This document shows, piece after piece, positions 46,559 to 57,000 of a stretch of 64,000 bases of DNA. The stretch comes from Myxococcales bacterium (GTDB taxonomy: Bacteria; Myxococcota_A; Polyangia; Polyangiales; Polyangiaceae), in assembly GCA_043747615.1 (NCBI GenBank), contig JAYTOU010000033.1, positions 1 through 64,000 of the forward strand, read 5' to 3'. A model generated the notes under the pieces. That model was not told the DNA's origin. It was given only the letters and a program-made list of their open reading frames with translations, and searched no databases. The position numbers and the translations under genes are program-made. Positions within the stretch are counted from its first letter, which is position 1; every line of letters begins with the position of its first letter.

Positions 46559-47671
46559 TCAGATGCGAGTGGCTTTCCAGGCGGTGAGCGCGGGCCCGAG
46601 AGCGGATTCGATCTGGCGAAGCTCGTCGACGAGATCCCGCTCGCCAATTCCGGCTTCGAGCGCATCGCGAAAGCAGGCATAGGCGGCGACGTAGCGACGC
46701 CGCTGCAGAAGCGCCCGACCGAGAAGGGGCATCACGTCGGCGCGACTTCCCCCGAACGCGATCGCGCGGCGAAGCGGGCCGATTGCCTCGCCGGGCCGTT
46801 CGTTAAGGAGGAGCGCTTCGCCAAGGCGACGGAAGAGGTCCGCGGCGGACACTCCTTCTTGGGCGTATTGGATGCCGATGCGGAACACTTCCTCTGCTTG
46901 CTCAATTTCCCCGAGGTGAACGCAGGCCGACCCGAGGAGCCCGAGACCCTTGGATATAAGGGCCCGCGCGTCCGGCGCGAGCATCTGGCCCTCCGGCGTG
47001 CGGAGAAAGATCGCCAGGGGTGCCGGCCAAGCTCCGAGGAGCGCGATGACCTTGGGCCACTCCTGCCGAAGCGCCGCACCCTCGGCCTCTGCCACCTTCG
47101 AGAGATCGATCGCACTTCGCGCACCGGCTGCGACGCGCTCGAGCTCCTCGCGGACGAGAGCTCGGATCCGAGCGCGAAACGCGTCGAGCTCGTATTCTTC
47201 TTCGGAGCCATCGTGGGAGACGATGAGCTCGGCTTCGGCGCCGGCAGCGACGACGAGCTTACGGAGGGAGTAGCCGTAGAGCGGCGCGAGAAGAAGGTAG
47301 CGAACGCCAATGAAGAGCTGGATGGCTTCTGTGTCCGTCTCGCGCGCGGGCGGGGGCGGTCCCCTACCTTCTTCGACGAGAAGCGCACCGACGAGGCGGC
47401 GGCGGAAGTCGGCGAGGCTGAGTCTCTGCGGATCGAGATCGCCCTCGGCCTCGCCGACGCCCACGACGAAATCGACGAGCGTCTGATCGGGGCTGCGGCG
47501 GTCGACGGTGAGCGCCGTGACCCGCGCCCCGACGATGATCGAAAATGCAAAGAAGCGCTCGCCGACGATCTCGCAGAGCGCCTGGAAGCTACCGATGCCT
47601 TCGCCAATGCGCTCGAACCAGCCATCGGTGCGGACGGAATCGAGGGTAAACTCTTGACGCTTGTCGGCCAT
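46559..47671 (-). CDS. Conserved myxobacterial protein with C-terminal TPR repeats
   Basis: Host-like codon usage; C-terminal AEEVFRIG..LGEALL..EAIGPLRRA TPR pattern. Confidence 0.8.
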   Translation of the reverse strand: MADKRQEFTLDSVRTDGWFERIGEGIGSFQALCEIVGERFFAFSIIVGARVTALTVDRRSPDQTLVDFVVGVGEAEGDLDPQRLSLADFRRRLVGALLVEEGRGPPPPARETDTEAIQLFIGVRYLLLAPLYGYSLRKLVVAAGAEAELIVSHDGSEEEYELDAFRARIRALVREELERVAAGARSAIDLSKVAEAEGAALRQEWPKVIALLGAWPAPLAIFLRTPEGQMLAPDARALISKGLGLLGSACVHLGEIEQAEEVFRIGIQYAQEGVSAADLFRRLGEALLLNERPGEAIGPLRRAIAFGGSRADVMPLLGRALLQRRRYVAAYACFRDALEAGIGERDLVDELRQIESALGPALTAWKATRI

Positions 47672-47794
47672 TCGTGTGGGGCGAGACTCCTCTTTTAACG
47701 TTTACGCTAAGCGGAGTTTGCGCGCCTCTAAATCCGCGGGCCTCGATCGCCCGCCTACGCATTCGCGGCCTGCCGCAAGCCTGCGCTTCGATGC

Positions 47795-48652
47795 TTACAC
47801 CCAGTGACGGCACACCGGCTTCACGCCGCAGCCCTCGCAGCGCTTCGGATCTTTTCGCGACGGACAACGCTGGAGCATTCCCAGATGACACAGCGAAAAA
47901 TCGTATTTTATAGGGTCTTTTGCGTCGAATCGCCGGAGGGCCTGGGTGATCTCCTCGGTCGTCTTCCAGGAGAGGTCCTTGCGTTTGGTGAAGCCGAGGT
48001 TTTGCGACAGCTTGTGGATGTGGGTGTCGATCGGACAATAAAGGACGCTCGGGGAGATCGACCAAAGGCCGAGGTCGACGCCGTCCGCGGGGCGAATCAT
48101 CCAGCGCAAGTAGAGGAGAAGGCGCTTCGAGCCGCTGCCGCCGCGGACGTCTGGAAGAAGATGCGCCGGGCCGCGCCGGGTGATCGATCGCAGGCTGCCG
48201 GCATCGCGAATGGCGTCGCTCCACGCGGCGAGCGCTCCTTTGAGATCTCCATGTGTCGTGAGCTCGTCTCGGAATCGCGCTCCCAGACTGCCGCTCGCGC
48301 GCTGCACGCGACGGGCGCCGATGAGCAGCCGCGCGATGTCCTCGCCTCGAAAGACGCGATGCACCCACCCGTCGAGCTGCGCGAACATCGCGAGCTCGTC
48401 ATCCGCGGCACTGGCCGGATGGGTCCCGAGCCGCGCGAGGAGATCGCCGAGCTTTGCGCGAATGGTCTTGACGTTGCCGAAGGCAATGCACGCCGCGACC
48501 AGACCTACGATCTCCTGGTCGCGCGAATCGGCGTAGCGATGAACGATGCCGACCGGGTCTCGCTCGCGCCGCGTCTCGACGTCGCAACCTGCGCGCACCG
48601 CGTCGAGAGCCTCTTTCAGGGCCTTTTCGCGCTTGGGGCCGAATCCTCGCAT
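47795..48652 (-). CDS. TIGR02757 / DUF2400 family protein (HhH-GPD-like, C-terminal 4-Cys motif)
   Basis: DPV..VHRY..D.EI, AFGNV, KR..LYLRWMIR..DLGLW, PIDTH, DPIKYDFSLCH, C-x6-C-x2-C-x5-C. Confidence 0.9.
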   Translation of the reverse strand: MRGFGPKREKALKEALDAVRAGCDVETRRERDPVGIVHRYADSRDQEIVGLVAACIAFGNVKTIRAKLGDLLARLGTHPASAADDELAMFAQLDGWVHRVFRGEDIARLLIGARRVQRASGSLGARFRDELTTHGDLKGALAAWSDAIRDAGSLRSITRRGPAHLLPDVRGGSGSKRLLLYLRWMIRPADGVDLGLWSISPSVLYCPIDTHIHKLSQNLGFTKRKDLSWKTTEEITQALRRFDAKDPIKYDFSLCHLGMLQRCPSRKDPKRCEGCGVKPVCRHWV

Positions 48653-48732
48653 CCGCCGGCGCGATCTATACCATGCGCCACACGCTGCCGAAGATCGCCT
48701 AGCGTTTTGATAGCGGGTATCGTGGTTGGGCC

Positions 48733-49839
48733 ATGAGCTCCGACCGACCTGCCCCCGAGCGCCTCAAGCGCATCGAGGAGTTCACCCTCGCGGACCTGGA
48801 GGCGGTGCGCCTCATTCTGCGCGGCGATTCGGTCATCGATTGGCATCGCCTGAACTTCAAGAGCGAGGATGAAGTCCGCGAGTGCCTCGTGGCCCAGGAA
48901 TTTCATCCCGACGAGCCCGCCGATCAGAAGCAGCTCGAGGCGATGAAGGGCGAAGCCATCAGCTTCCTCCGCCGGCACTTCGAATTTCCGATCCCCAAGC
49001 CGATCGAGAACGCCACGGTGATCGAGCTGATGCTCATCGCCGCGAGCAGCGGCCACCGCCAGATGTGCGCGTGCACGATCTTGAAGTGCATGCACATCAT
49101 CCATCACCTCCAGGGGCGCGAGCTCCTCTTCGTGCTCCCGCTCTCCGACCAAGAGGTGTTTCACGTCGTCGAGGAGAAGGTCTACCGCGTGATCGGCAGC
49201 ATGCTCGCGGGCGGCTTCCCGATCACCGAGTTCATCGGAGGCCGTAAAAACAAGGATTCGCTCTACACCAAGCTCCTGTCGAAGCAGGAGACGGTGGCCG
49301 CGCAGATCTACGACAAGCTCCGCTTTCGCATCGTGACCCGCGGGTACGACGACATCTTCCCGGTCATGCAGTACCTGACGAAAAAGCTTTTTCCGTTCAA
49401 CTACGTCATCCCCGGTCAGAGCATCAATTCGATGTTCTACTTCAAGGACTACTGCCTGAAGCAGCCGCACCTGAAGCCAATGCTTCCCTCGATGCAGGCA
49501 GGGCCGGACGACGATTTCACACCCAGCGACAATCGGTTCACCGCCGAGTCGTATCGCGTGATCCACTTCGTGGTGGACATGCCGGTCCGTCTCCCGCGAA
49601 AGCTCCTCGAACGCGCGCCGTCGAGCTCTTGGGCCCTCGGTCCGATCATCTTCGTGGTCTGTGAATTTCAGGTCATCGATCGCGAGACCGAAGCCAAAAA
49701 CGAGCGGGGTGACGCATCGCATGCAAAGTACAAGGAACGGCAGAAGAAGGCCGTCATGCGGCGGCTGCAGCTCGGCATGCGCGAGATGAAGACGCCGCCC
49801 CCGGCGCCGGTCGCTTCGCCGAAAAAGAAAAAGACCTGA
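48733..49839 (+). CDS. TIGR04552-like protein (RelA/SpoT-type nucleotidyltransferase fold)
   Basis: LILRGDSVIDW, K.KDSL.TKLL.K.ETVAAQIYDKLRFRIVT, FPFNYVIPGQS.N, EFQ, H..YK.RQ. Confidence 0.85.
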   Translation: MSSDRPAPERLKRIEEFTLADLEAVRLILRGDSVIDWHRLNFKSEDEVRECLVAQEFHPDEPADQKQLEAMKGEAISFLRRHFEFPIPKPIENATVIELMLIAASSGHRQMCACTILKCMHIIHHLQGRELLFVLPLSDQEVFHVVEEKVYRVIGSMLAGGFPITEFIGGRKNKDSLYTKLLSKQETVAAQIYDKLRFRIVTRGYDDIFPVMQYLTKKLFPFNYVIPGQSINSMFYFKDYCLKQPHLKPMLPSMQAGPDDDFTPSDNRFTAESYRVIHFVVDMPVRLPRKLLERAPSSSWALGPIIFVVCEFQVIDRETEAKNERGDASHAKYKERQKKAVMRRLQLGMREMKTPPPAPVASPKKKKT

Positions 49840-49858
49840 CCGACGCGACTTCGGGAGC

Positions 49859-51400
49859 CTACTCGGTGGTCGGCGGGTGGAGCGGAGGAGCCTCGACGCC
49901 TACGAGGGAGCGGTAGGTGAGTGGGCCGAAGAGCGCGGCGAAAAAGAGGAAGAGCGCGAACGCGGCGACCGCGATGCCCATGTGCAACGCCTTCGGATCG
50001 TAGGCGTCGATCGCTGCTTCGTGGACCGCCACGTCGTGGGCGCGCTCCTCCTGGATCCGAGCAAGGTCCACGGCATCTCGGCGGGCGCCGTCGAACTCGG
50101 CGCCAAACTGTTTCGAGTCCTCGAGCGCCCGACGGCCGAAGTCTGCGAGTGCTTTTCGGGCTTCTTTTCTCGCGTCGTCGACACCCGCGGCCCTGGTCCC
50201 TTGCTGGCGCTTCGATCGCTCTTCAATAGCGGCGCGCTCGTTCTTCAGTTGGGTGAGCTGGTTGTTCACCTCGGCCACCCGCCGCCGCGCCACGTTGAGA
50301 CGCCCGGTGATCTCGTTGATGGTCGGCCGAAGACGCTCCATCTCGGCTGCGCGGGCATCGCTCTCGGCAACTCGCTCCGCGATGTGCGTCTGGATCGTCG
50401 CCGGATCGGCCGTCGGAAGCAGCGCGTGCGCGGAGGGGGGCGTCGCTGCTGGGGTCGCGCTCTTCGCGACGGGAGTCGGGGCTTGCTGCGGCTTCGCGTC
50501 GGACCGCGCCTTGAGTGAGGACAGCGCTCCGCGAACGGACTCTTGCATCGTGGCCGCATCTGGCCAGCGATGATCGCGCTCGAACGCGAGGGCGCGGTCG
50601 ACCAGAGCGATGACCGACCGCGGAAGCCCGGCTGTCACCGTCGCCACCGATCGCGCGGGCATCGTGGCACTTCGAATCAACTGCTCGTTTCCCGTCCCCG
50701 CCTCGTGCACGTGCTCGCCCGACAGGAGCGTGAACATCGTCGCGCCCACCGCCCACAAATCGGTGCGCTGATCGACCTCGTCCCATTTCGCCAGGGCCTG
50801 CTCCGGCGCCATGAAGGCCGGTGTCCCCATGATCGATCCGGCGCGCGTCGTGGGGCGCGAGGACATCTCGTAGATCCGAGCGATCCCGAAATCGAGCACC
50901 TTGAGCTTGCCGTCGTTGGTGAGGAAAAGATTCTCGGGCTTGATGTCGCGGTGGACGATGTTTTTCTTGTGCGCGGCGACCAGCACGTCGAGCAGCGGGT
51001 CGATCCAGCTCAGCACTTCGAGTGCGTCCAGGCGCCGTGACTTGTGCTCCCAGCGCGCCTCGAGGGTCTCTCCTTCCAAAAGCTCCATCACCAAGAACGC
51101 GATCCCGTCCTCGGTGACGTCGTCGTCGAGAACGGAGACCGCGCCCGGATGCTCGACGGTGTTGGCGACGTAGCCCTCGCGAAGAAATCGTTGGCGGACA
51201 TCGGCGTTTCCGGACAGCTCGGGCAGCAGCATCTTCACGGCCACCCGCTTCTGGTTGCGGTGAATCGCCGAGTACACCGCCCCCATTCCCCCAAGACCGA
51301 GGAGCGCGTCGAGGCGCCACTTTTCTTTCAGCACCTTTCCCACGCGTGATTCCGCGCGGGCTCGGGCCGCGAGCTCCTCTTCATCCATGATCTGTTTCAT
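49859..51400 (-). CDS. Ser/Thr protein kinase with coiled coil and C-terminal TM helix
   Basis: GLGGMGAVY, VAVK, HRDIKPEN, DFG, GTPAFMAPEQ; ATGA overlap with the upstream gene. Confidence 0.93.
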   Translation of the reverse strand: MKQIMDEEELAARARAESRVGKVLKEKWRLDALLGLGGMGAVYSAIHRNQKRVAVKMLLPELSGNADVRQRFLREGYVANTVEHPGAVSVLDDDVTEDGIAFLVMELLEGETLEARWEHKSRRLDALEVLSWIDPLLDVLVAAHKKNIVHRDIKPENLFLTNDGKLKVLDFGIARIYEMSSRPTTRAGSIMGTPAFMAPEQALAKWDEVDQRTDLWAVGATMFTLLSGEHVHEAGTGNEQLIRSATMPARSVATVTAGLPRSVIALVDRALAFERDHRWPDAATMQESVRGALSSLKARSDAKPQQAPTPVAKSATPAATPPSAHALLPTADPATIQTHIAERVAESDARAAEMERLRPTINEITGRLNVARRRVAEVNNQLTQLKNERAAIEERSKRQQGTRAAGVDDARKEARKALADFGRRALEDSKQFGAEFDGARRDAVDLARIQEERAHDVAVHEAAIDAYDPKALHMGIAVAAFALFLFFAALFGPLTYRSLVGVEAPPLHPPTTE

Positions 51401-52383
51401 GGCTTCCTCACGCCGGGCCGCGGCTGACGCTTGGATTCGAGCAGTGCCTCCGCATTGCGAATCTCGATCTCGGCCCTCTTCATCTTCGTGTCCGCTCGCT
51501 CACGCACCGCGACTACCTGGCCGAGCTCGTCGGCGACGCGTTGTTCATCGGCTTGGGCGGCGAGGAGCTCACCTTCGAGCGAGGTGATTCGCGAATCGAT
51601 CGAGGATAATCGCGCGCGATTGGCGTCCATCTCCCCCGCCAGCGCACCGTCACGGGAACGGAGGAGTGACTCGGCCGCGACGACCTCGTCGAGGGCACGA
51701 GCCTGACCAGGATTCTTCTCGATGACCGAGCGCGCGCGCTCCGCGAAGCCGACGAAGACGTCTTCTGAACGAAGGGCAGCGCGCTTCGCTTCGTCGCGGG
51801 CGGTGGCGAGCAGCCGCCTTAGCTCGGCCTTGCGGGTGAGAACGCGGAACGCATAGATCGGCGCAAGCCAGGGCTTGGTCGGTGGTTCTCCGTAGTCGGC
51901 GAGGGCGCGGGCATCGAACGGATCGACCTCACCCGGTGCGGCGGCAGGCGTTGGGGCGCGGTGGCGATCGAACGACGGTGAAGGCAGCTTTGCGCCCGAG
52001 CTCGGGCCCGACGGGACGGAGACGCGCGCGTCGGTTAAAGGAGCGGCCCTCATGGAGCTCGACGAAAGATGCGGCGCAAGCGACTTTGCCTGCGGGCCAA
52101 TGTCGAGCTCGAGCGGAGCTTCCCCACCACCACCGGTCGCGAAGATGTCGTCGGAGTCGAACTCGCCTGAGGAGCTTTGCTCGGTCGGCGGAGGGCTCAT
52201 GCGCGGGGCGAGACTGGGGCTCGGCCGCCCAACGCTCTGTGAGGACATGGGAATCGCCAAATCGGGAACGTCGGAGATGACGATGCGCTCGGTCGAGGGA
52301 GGCGGTTGCGAGAGTCTGCCGCACATCAGGCAGGGTCTACTCGGGTCCTTGAGCTCGGCCTTGCACCTGGGGCAGACGGCCAT
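51397..52383 (-). CDS. Hypothetical protein with N-terminal zinc ribbon and C-terminal coiled coil
   Basis: CPRC..CLMC, P/S-rich linker, heptad-rich C-terminus. Confidence 0.75.
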   Translation of the reverse strand: MAVCPRCKAELKDPSRPCLMCGRLSQPPPSTERIVISDVPDLAIPMSSQSVGRPSPSLAPRMSPPPTEQSSSGEFDSDDIFATGGGGEAPLELDIGPQAKSLAPHLSSSSMRAAPLTDARVSVPSGPSSGAKLPSPSFDRHRAPTPAAAPGEVDPFDARALADYGEPPTKPWLAPIYAFRVLTRKAELRRLLATARDEAKRAALRSEDVFVGFAERARSVIEKNPGQARALDEVVAAESLLRSRDGALAGEMDANRARLSSIDSRITSLEGELLAAQADEQRVADELGQVVAVRERADTKMKRAEIEIRNAEALLESKRQPRPGVRKP

Positions 52384-52474
52384 GACCGGGTGAGCATATC
52401 AGGAGACTTGGCGGCGCCAAAAAAGCCCTCAAAATGCGTCTCACTCCACCCTTAAGACAGGCTAGTGTGCCGGC

Positions 52475-52987
52475 ATGCGACTCTTTAGTGGACGTATCTC
52501 GCCCATTGCGACCGAAGTCGTGCGGGTTCTCAGCGCAGCAAACGACATCGAGTGCGGGTCTTCGAAAGAAGTCGTTGCTGACATTGAAGCGGTCCTCAAA
52601 CAGTACCTCTCCACCGAGAAGGACGTGAACGAGAAGACGAAGGACCAGCTCGAGCGCACCGGCCGCGGGATGACGGAGTTTGGGCGTCTGCGGGTGCAAA
52701 TGGCCGAGCAGCAGGGGATCAAGGTGGGAGACGAGATGCTCGACTACCTCCTCGACCAGGTAGTCAACATTTTCCACCACTCGGCGAACGTCGACGAGAT
52801 CTTCGCCGAGGACGTCGAGATGCGAAGGAAGATGGCGCCCATCTTCAAGAAAAACATGTCCGAGGATGCAGAGCTCGACGGCGAGGTGCGCGGGCAGCTG
52901 AAACACATCACCGAAGACTCACGGAGCTGGGACGTCGAATACGCGCGCGTGCTCGAGCAGGTGAAACGAAAGCGCGGGTTGTCCTAG
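52475..52987 (+). CDS. DUF507 family protein
   Basis: MRL..GRI..IA, E..L..EV, K..L.RKRGL end pattern typical of myxobacterial DUF507 proteins. Confidence 0.8.
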   Translation: MRLFSGRISPIATEVVRVLSAANDIECGSSKEVVADIEAVLKQYLSTEKDVNEKTKDQLERTGRGMTEFGRLRVQMAEQQGIKVGDEMLDYLLDQVVNIFHHSANVDEIFAEDVEMRRKMAPIFKKNMSEDAELDGEVRGQLKHITEDSRSWDVEYARVLEQVKRKRGLS

Positions 52988-53057
52988 CAAGCCATCGAGG
53001 GATTCGAGGCGCGATCGCCCTCTAGACCCCTCGCGAGCTCGACCCCACCATCGCCGC

Positions 53058-53558
53058 ATGAGCAGTGTACGCGACGCTCGGGACGAATACCTCTCGGAGA
53101 ACGGGTTCACGCTCGCCTCGTATACCGCTGCGTGGGGCGACGCGTCCTTCTTCGGCATGAAGCTTCAGATTCCCAATACACGCGCCCGTGCGCGGGCCAT
53201 CGCCCAACACGATTTGCACCACGTAGCGACCGGCTTCGGGACGGATTTTGCCGGCGAGGGCGAAATTTCTGCTTGGGAAATCGCGGCCGGTCTGCCGGAA
53301 AGCATGTACGTCGCGGCGATCATTTGCCTCGGATTCACGCTCGGAATGCTCGTCGCCCCGCGGCGAACGGTTCGCGCGTTCGCAGCCGGACGCGAGGCGC
53401 GATCCCGCTTTCGCGACAACGTGCCGTACGATGATCTGCTCACGATGTCGGTCGCGGAGCTGCGGCGGCACGTCGGCGTCGCGGACCGCGGGCTCCTCAT
53501 TGCGCGCGGGTTGCACTCTCGCGCGCCGGCGCGAACAGATCGCCCGACCACCGCGTGA
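53058..53558 (+). CDS. Coq4-like metal-binding protein
   Basis: HDLHHVATGFGTD..GEGEISAWE (HDxxH..E motif). Confidence 0.75.
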   Translation: MSSVRDARDEYLSENGFTLASYTAAWGDASFFGMKLQIPNTRARARAIAQHDLHHVATGFGTDFAGEGEISAWEIAAGLPESMYVAAIICLGFTLGMLVAPRRTVRAFAAGREARSRFRDNVPYDDLLTMSVAELRRHVGVADRGLLIARGLHSRAPARTDRPTTA

Positions 53559-53661
53559 GCGCGGGGAGCACTCGAATCGAGTAACGCGGCGCTTGCAAAA
53601 TGCGGGTTTTCAAACGCCAGCCGCAGGCCTTATGCTCACGTATTGGAGTGTAAGGTCGACG

Positions 53662-54369
<708 letters not shown>

Positions 54370-54418
54370 GGTCGCGCGATGTTTATGAGACGACACAGCT
54401 CCCCGAAGGTCGTCTAGG

Positions 54419-55072
54419 ATGAGCGCATCCATGTCCGCGGACTTCCTGCTCCTCATCCTCTCCTCCCCCAGTGGTGCGGGTAAGACCACGCTGACCCGCA
54501 AGCTGCAGGAGCATTTCGCAGACCTGCGGTTCAGCGTTTCCCACACGACCCGCAAGCCTCGGGCGAATGAGGTCGACGGGCGCGATTACCATTTCGTGGA
54601 TCGTCCGAAGTTCGAGGCCCTGGTGGCCGACGGCGCCTTCGTCGAGTGGGCGCAGGTCCACGACAATCTCTACGGCACCTCCGCGAGCGAGATCGACGGC
54701 GCGCGCAAAACCACGGGCTGCGGGGGAATGATCTTCGACATCGACTACCAGGGCGCTCGTCAGATCCGCGCCAAGGTGAACGAGGTGGTTGGCGTCTTCA
54801 TCCTTCCTCCTTCGATGCCCGAGCTCGAGAGGCGCCTCCGCGGCCGCGCAAGCGACACCGAAGAGGTCGTGATGAAGCGCTTCCAGGTCGCGAAGAAAGA
54901 GATCGAGCATTACGCGCTCTTCGACTACGTGCTCGTGAACGACGATCTGACGACGGCCTTCGAGACCCTGAAGGGTGTCGTCCTCGCCGAGCGCAGTCGT
55001 CGGTGGCGAAGGGCCTCCCTCGCTGAGTCGCTCTTGCGCAGCGACGCTGTCCCCTCCACCAGCAGACGCTGA
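54419..55072 (+). CDS. gmk: Guanylate kinase
   Basis: SSPSGAGKTT, SHTTR.PR..E.DG.DY, YGT, DIDYQGA. Alternative ATG at 54431. Confidence 0.96.
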   Translation: MSASMSADFLLLILSSPSGAGKTTLTRKLQEHFADLRFSVSHTTRKPRANEVDGRDYHFVDRPKFEALVADGAFVEWAQVHDNLYGTSASEIDGARKTTGCGGMIFDIDYQGARQIRAKVNEVVGVFILPPSMPELERRLRGRASDTEEVVMKRFQVAKKEIEHYALFDYVLVNDDLTTAFETLKGVVLAERSRRWRRASLAESLLRSDAVPSTSRR

Positions 55073-55103
55073 TCCCGCCTCGCACCTGAACTCCGGAGGA
55101 AAC

Positions 55104-56000
55104 GTGACCGAACGAAAACCCCGCGCGGCAACTGAGCGCCCCAACGTGCTCGCCGTGATCGGCGGCAGCGGCCTCTACGAAGTCGACGGGCTCGCCAACG
55201 TGACCGAACTTCACGTGGACACGCCGTACGGCAGCCCCAGCGACGCGATCATCAAGGGCGAGCTCGGGGACGTAACGATGCTCTTTTTGCCGCGCCACGG
55301 GCGAGGCCACAAGGTTCCGCCGCACGCCATCAACTACCGGGCGAACATCTGCGCGCTCAAGCTGGCGGGCGCCACTCACCTCGTCTCGGTCAGCGCGGTC
55401 GGCTCGATGAAGGAAGAAATTCACCCGGGCGATCTGGTGTGCGTCGATCAATTCATCGATCTCACCCGCCGCCGCGTGAGCACGTTCTTCGACGCGGGCA
55501 TCGCCGCGCACGTCTCTTTTTCCGATCCCGTTTGCGATCACCTCGCCGACGCACTGGCGAGCGCGGGCGAGCGCGCGGGGGCCAAGGTGCACCGTGGCGG
55601 CACCTATGTTTGCATGGACGGTCCGCAGTTTTCCACCCGCGCAGAGAGCCTCCTCTACCGCTCGTGGGGCGCGTCCGTGATCGGCATGACGGGCATGCCC
55701 GAGGCCAAGCTCGCCCGCGAGGCGGAGCTGCCGTTCGCGACCCTCGCCCTCGCCACCGACTACGACTGCTGGCACACGGCGGAAGCCGACGTGACCGTCG
55801 AAGCGGTGGTTGCCGTGCTGCGCGAGAACGTCTCCGTCGCTCGCCGCGCCATCGTGGAGCTGGCGAAGGCCCTGCCGAATCCCGCCGAGAGTCGCGCCAC
55901 CGGAGCACTGAAAAACGCCATCATGACCGCGCCGGCTTCGATCTCCGAAGAGGTAAAGGCGATGCTCGGATGGCTCGTCAGCCCCTACATTTCCCGCTAA
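55104..56000 (+). CDS. mtnP: S-methyl-5'-thioadenosine phosphorylase
   Basis: IGGSGLY, TPYG.PSD, RHG..H..PP..INYRANI, GPQFSTRAES, GMT..PEAKLARE, TDYDCW; GGAGG RBS. Confidence 0.95.
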   Translation: MTERKPRAATERPNVLAVIGGSGLYEVDGLANVTELHVDTPYGSPSDAIIKGELGDVTMLFLPRHGRGHKVPPHAINYRANICALKLAGATHLVSVSAVGSMKEEIHPGDLVCVDQFIDLTRRRVSTFFDAGIAAHVSFSDPVCDHLADALASAGERAGAKVHRGGTYVCMDGPQFSTRAESLLYRSWGASVIGMTGMPEAKLAREAELPFATLALATDYDCWHTAEADVTVEAVVAVLRENVSVARRAIVELAKALPNPAESRATGALKNAIMTAPASISEEVKAMLGWLVSPYISR

Positions 56001-56035
56001 CGTCCTTCTTTTCTCATTCATCCGAGGTCCTTGCC

Positions 56036-56971
56036 GTGCAGAAAATCGATAGCGTTCTTGTCGTCGGATCCGTCGCCTTCGACGATCTCGAAATGCCTTC
56101 GGGATCCTTCAAAGACGTGCTCGGAGGCGCCGCCACCTATTCCTCGATCGCCATCTCACTCCTCGCGCGAGCGAGCCTGATCGGCATCGTCGGAACAGAT
56201 TTCGCGGAGGAGCACCTCACGATGCTCCGCGAGCGCGGCGTCGACACCGCCGGCGTGGAGCGCGTGTCGGGAAAGACGTTCCGCTGGGCCGGCCGCTACG
56301 CCGCGGATCTCGGAAGCCGCACCACGCTCGACACGCAGCTCAACGTGTTCGCCGATTTTCGCCCGAAAATTCCAGCGGGTTATCGTTCGAGCTCGTTCGT
56401 CCTCCTTGGCAACATTCACCCCAAGCTCCAGCTCGAGGTGCTCGCTCAGGTGGAGCGTCCAAAGCTCGTCGCGGCCGACACGATGAACTTCTGGATCTCC
56501 GGCGAGCCCGATTCCCTCGCCGAGGTCCTGAAGAAGGTGGACTTGCTCATGATCAACGACGAAGAGGCTCGCGAGCTGTCGGGGATCCACAACATCACCA
56601 AAGCCGCGGCTGACATTCGTAAGCGCGGCCCCTCGCGGCTGATCATCAAACGCGGCGAGCACGGCGCGCTTCTCTTCGACGAAAAAGGAGTGTTCTTCGC
56701 TCCCGGATATCCGCTCGAGGACGTCGTCGACCCGACCGGCGCAGGCGACACGTTCGCCGGTGGTCTCATGGGATACCTGGCCCGTCACGGAGAGGCATCG
56801 CCTGCAACGCTTCGCCGCGCCATCTTTTTTGGTTCGGCGCTCGCCTCGTTTTGCGTCGAAGGTATCGGCACAAAGCGCCTGGCGTCCGTCACCCGCGCCG
56901 ATTTAGCGGCACGAATCGAGGCATTTTCGAGCCTCGTCGATTACGGTGGGAATCTGACGCTCGTCGAGTGA
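56036..56971 (+). CDS. PfkB family carbohydrate/nucleoside kinase
   Basis: VVGSVAFD, GGAATY, DTMNFWI, IKRGEHGA, DPTGAGDTFAGG. Confidence 0.93.
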   Translation: MQKIDSVLVVGSVAFDDLEMPSGSFKDVLGGAATYSSIAISLLARASLIGIVGTDFAEEHLTMLRERGVDTAGVERVSGKTFRWAGRYAADLGSRTTLDTQLNVFADFRPKIPAGYRSSSFVLLGNIHPKLQLEVLAQVERPKLVAADTMNFWISGEPDSLAEVLKKVDLLMINDEEARELSGIHNITKAAADIRKRGPSRLIIKRGEHGALLFDEKGVFFAPGYPLEDVVDPTGAGDTFAGGLMGYLARHGEASPATLRRAIFFGSALASFCVEGIGTKRLASVTRADLAARIEAFSSLVDYGGNLTLVE

Positions 56972-57000
56972 GCATTAAGGCGCTTTGGAGGAGGAACTTC

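Noticed and set aside
54419..56971. gmk-mtnP-pfkB linkage as a novel nucleoside pathway
   Set aside because: yicC-gmk and mtnP-pfkB pairings are common housekeeping arrangements in deltaproteobacterial lineages.
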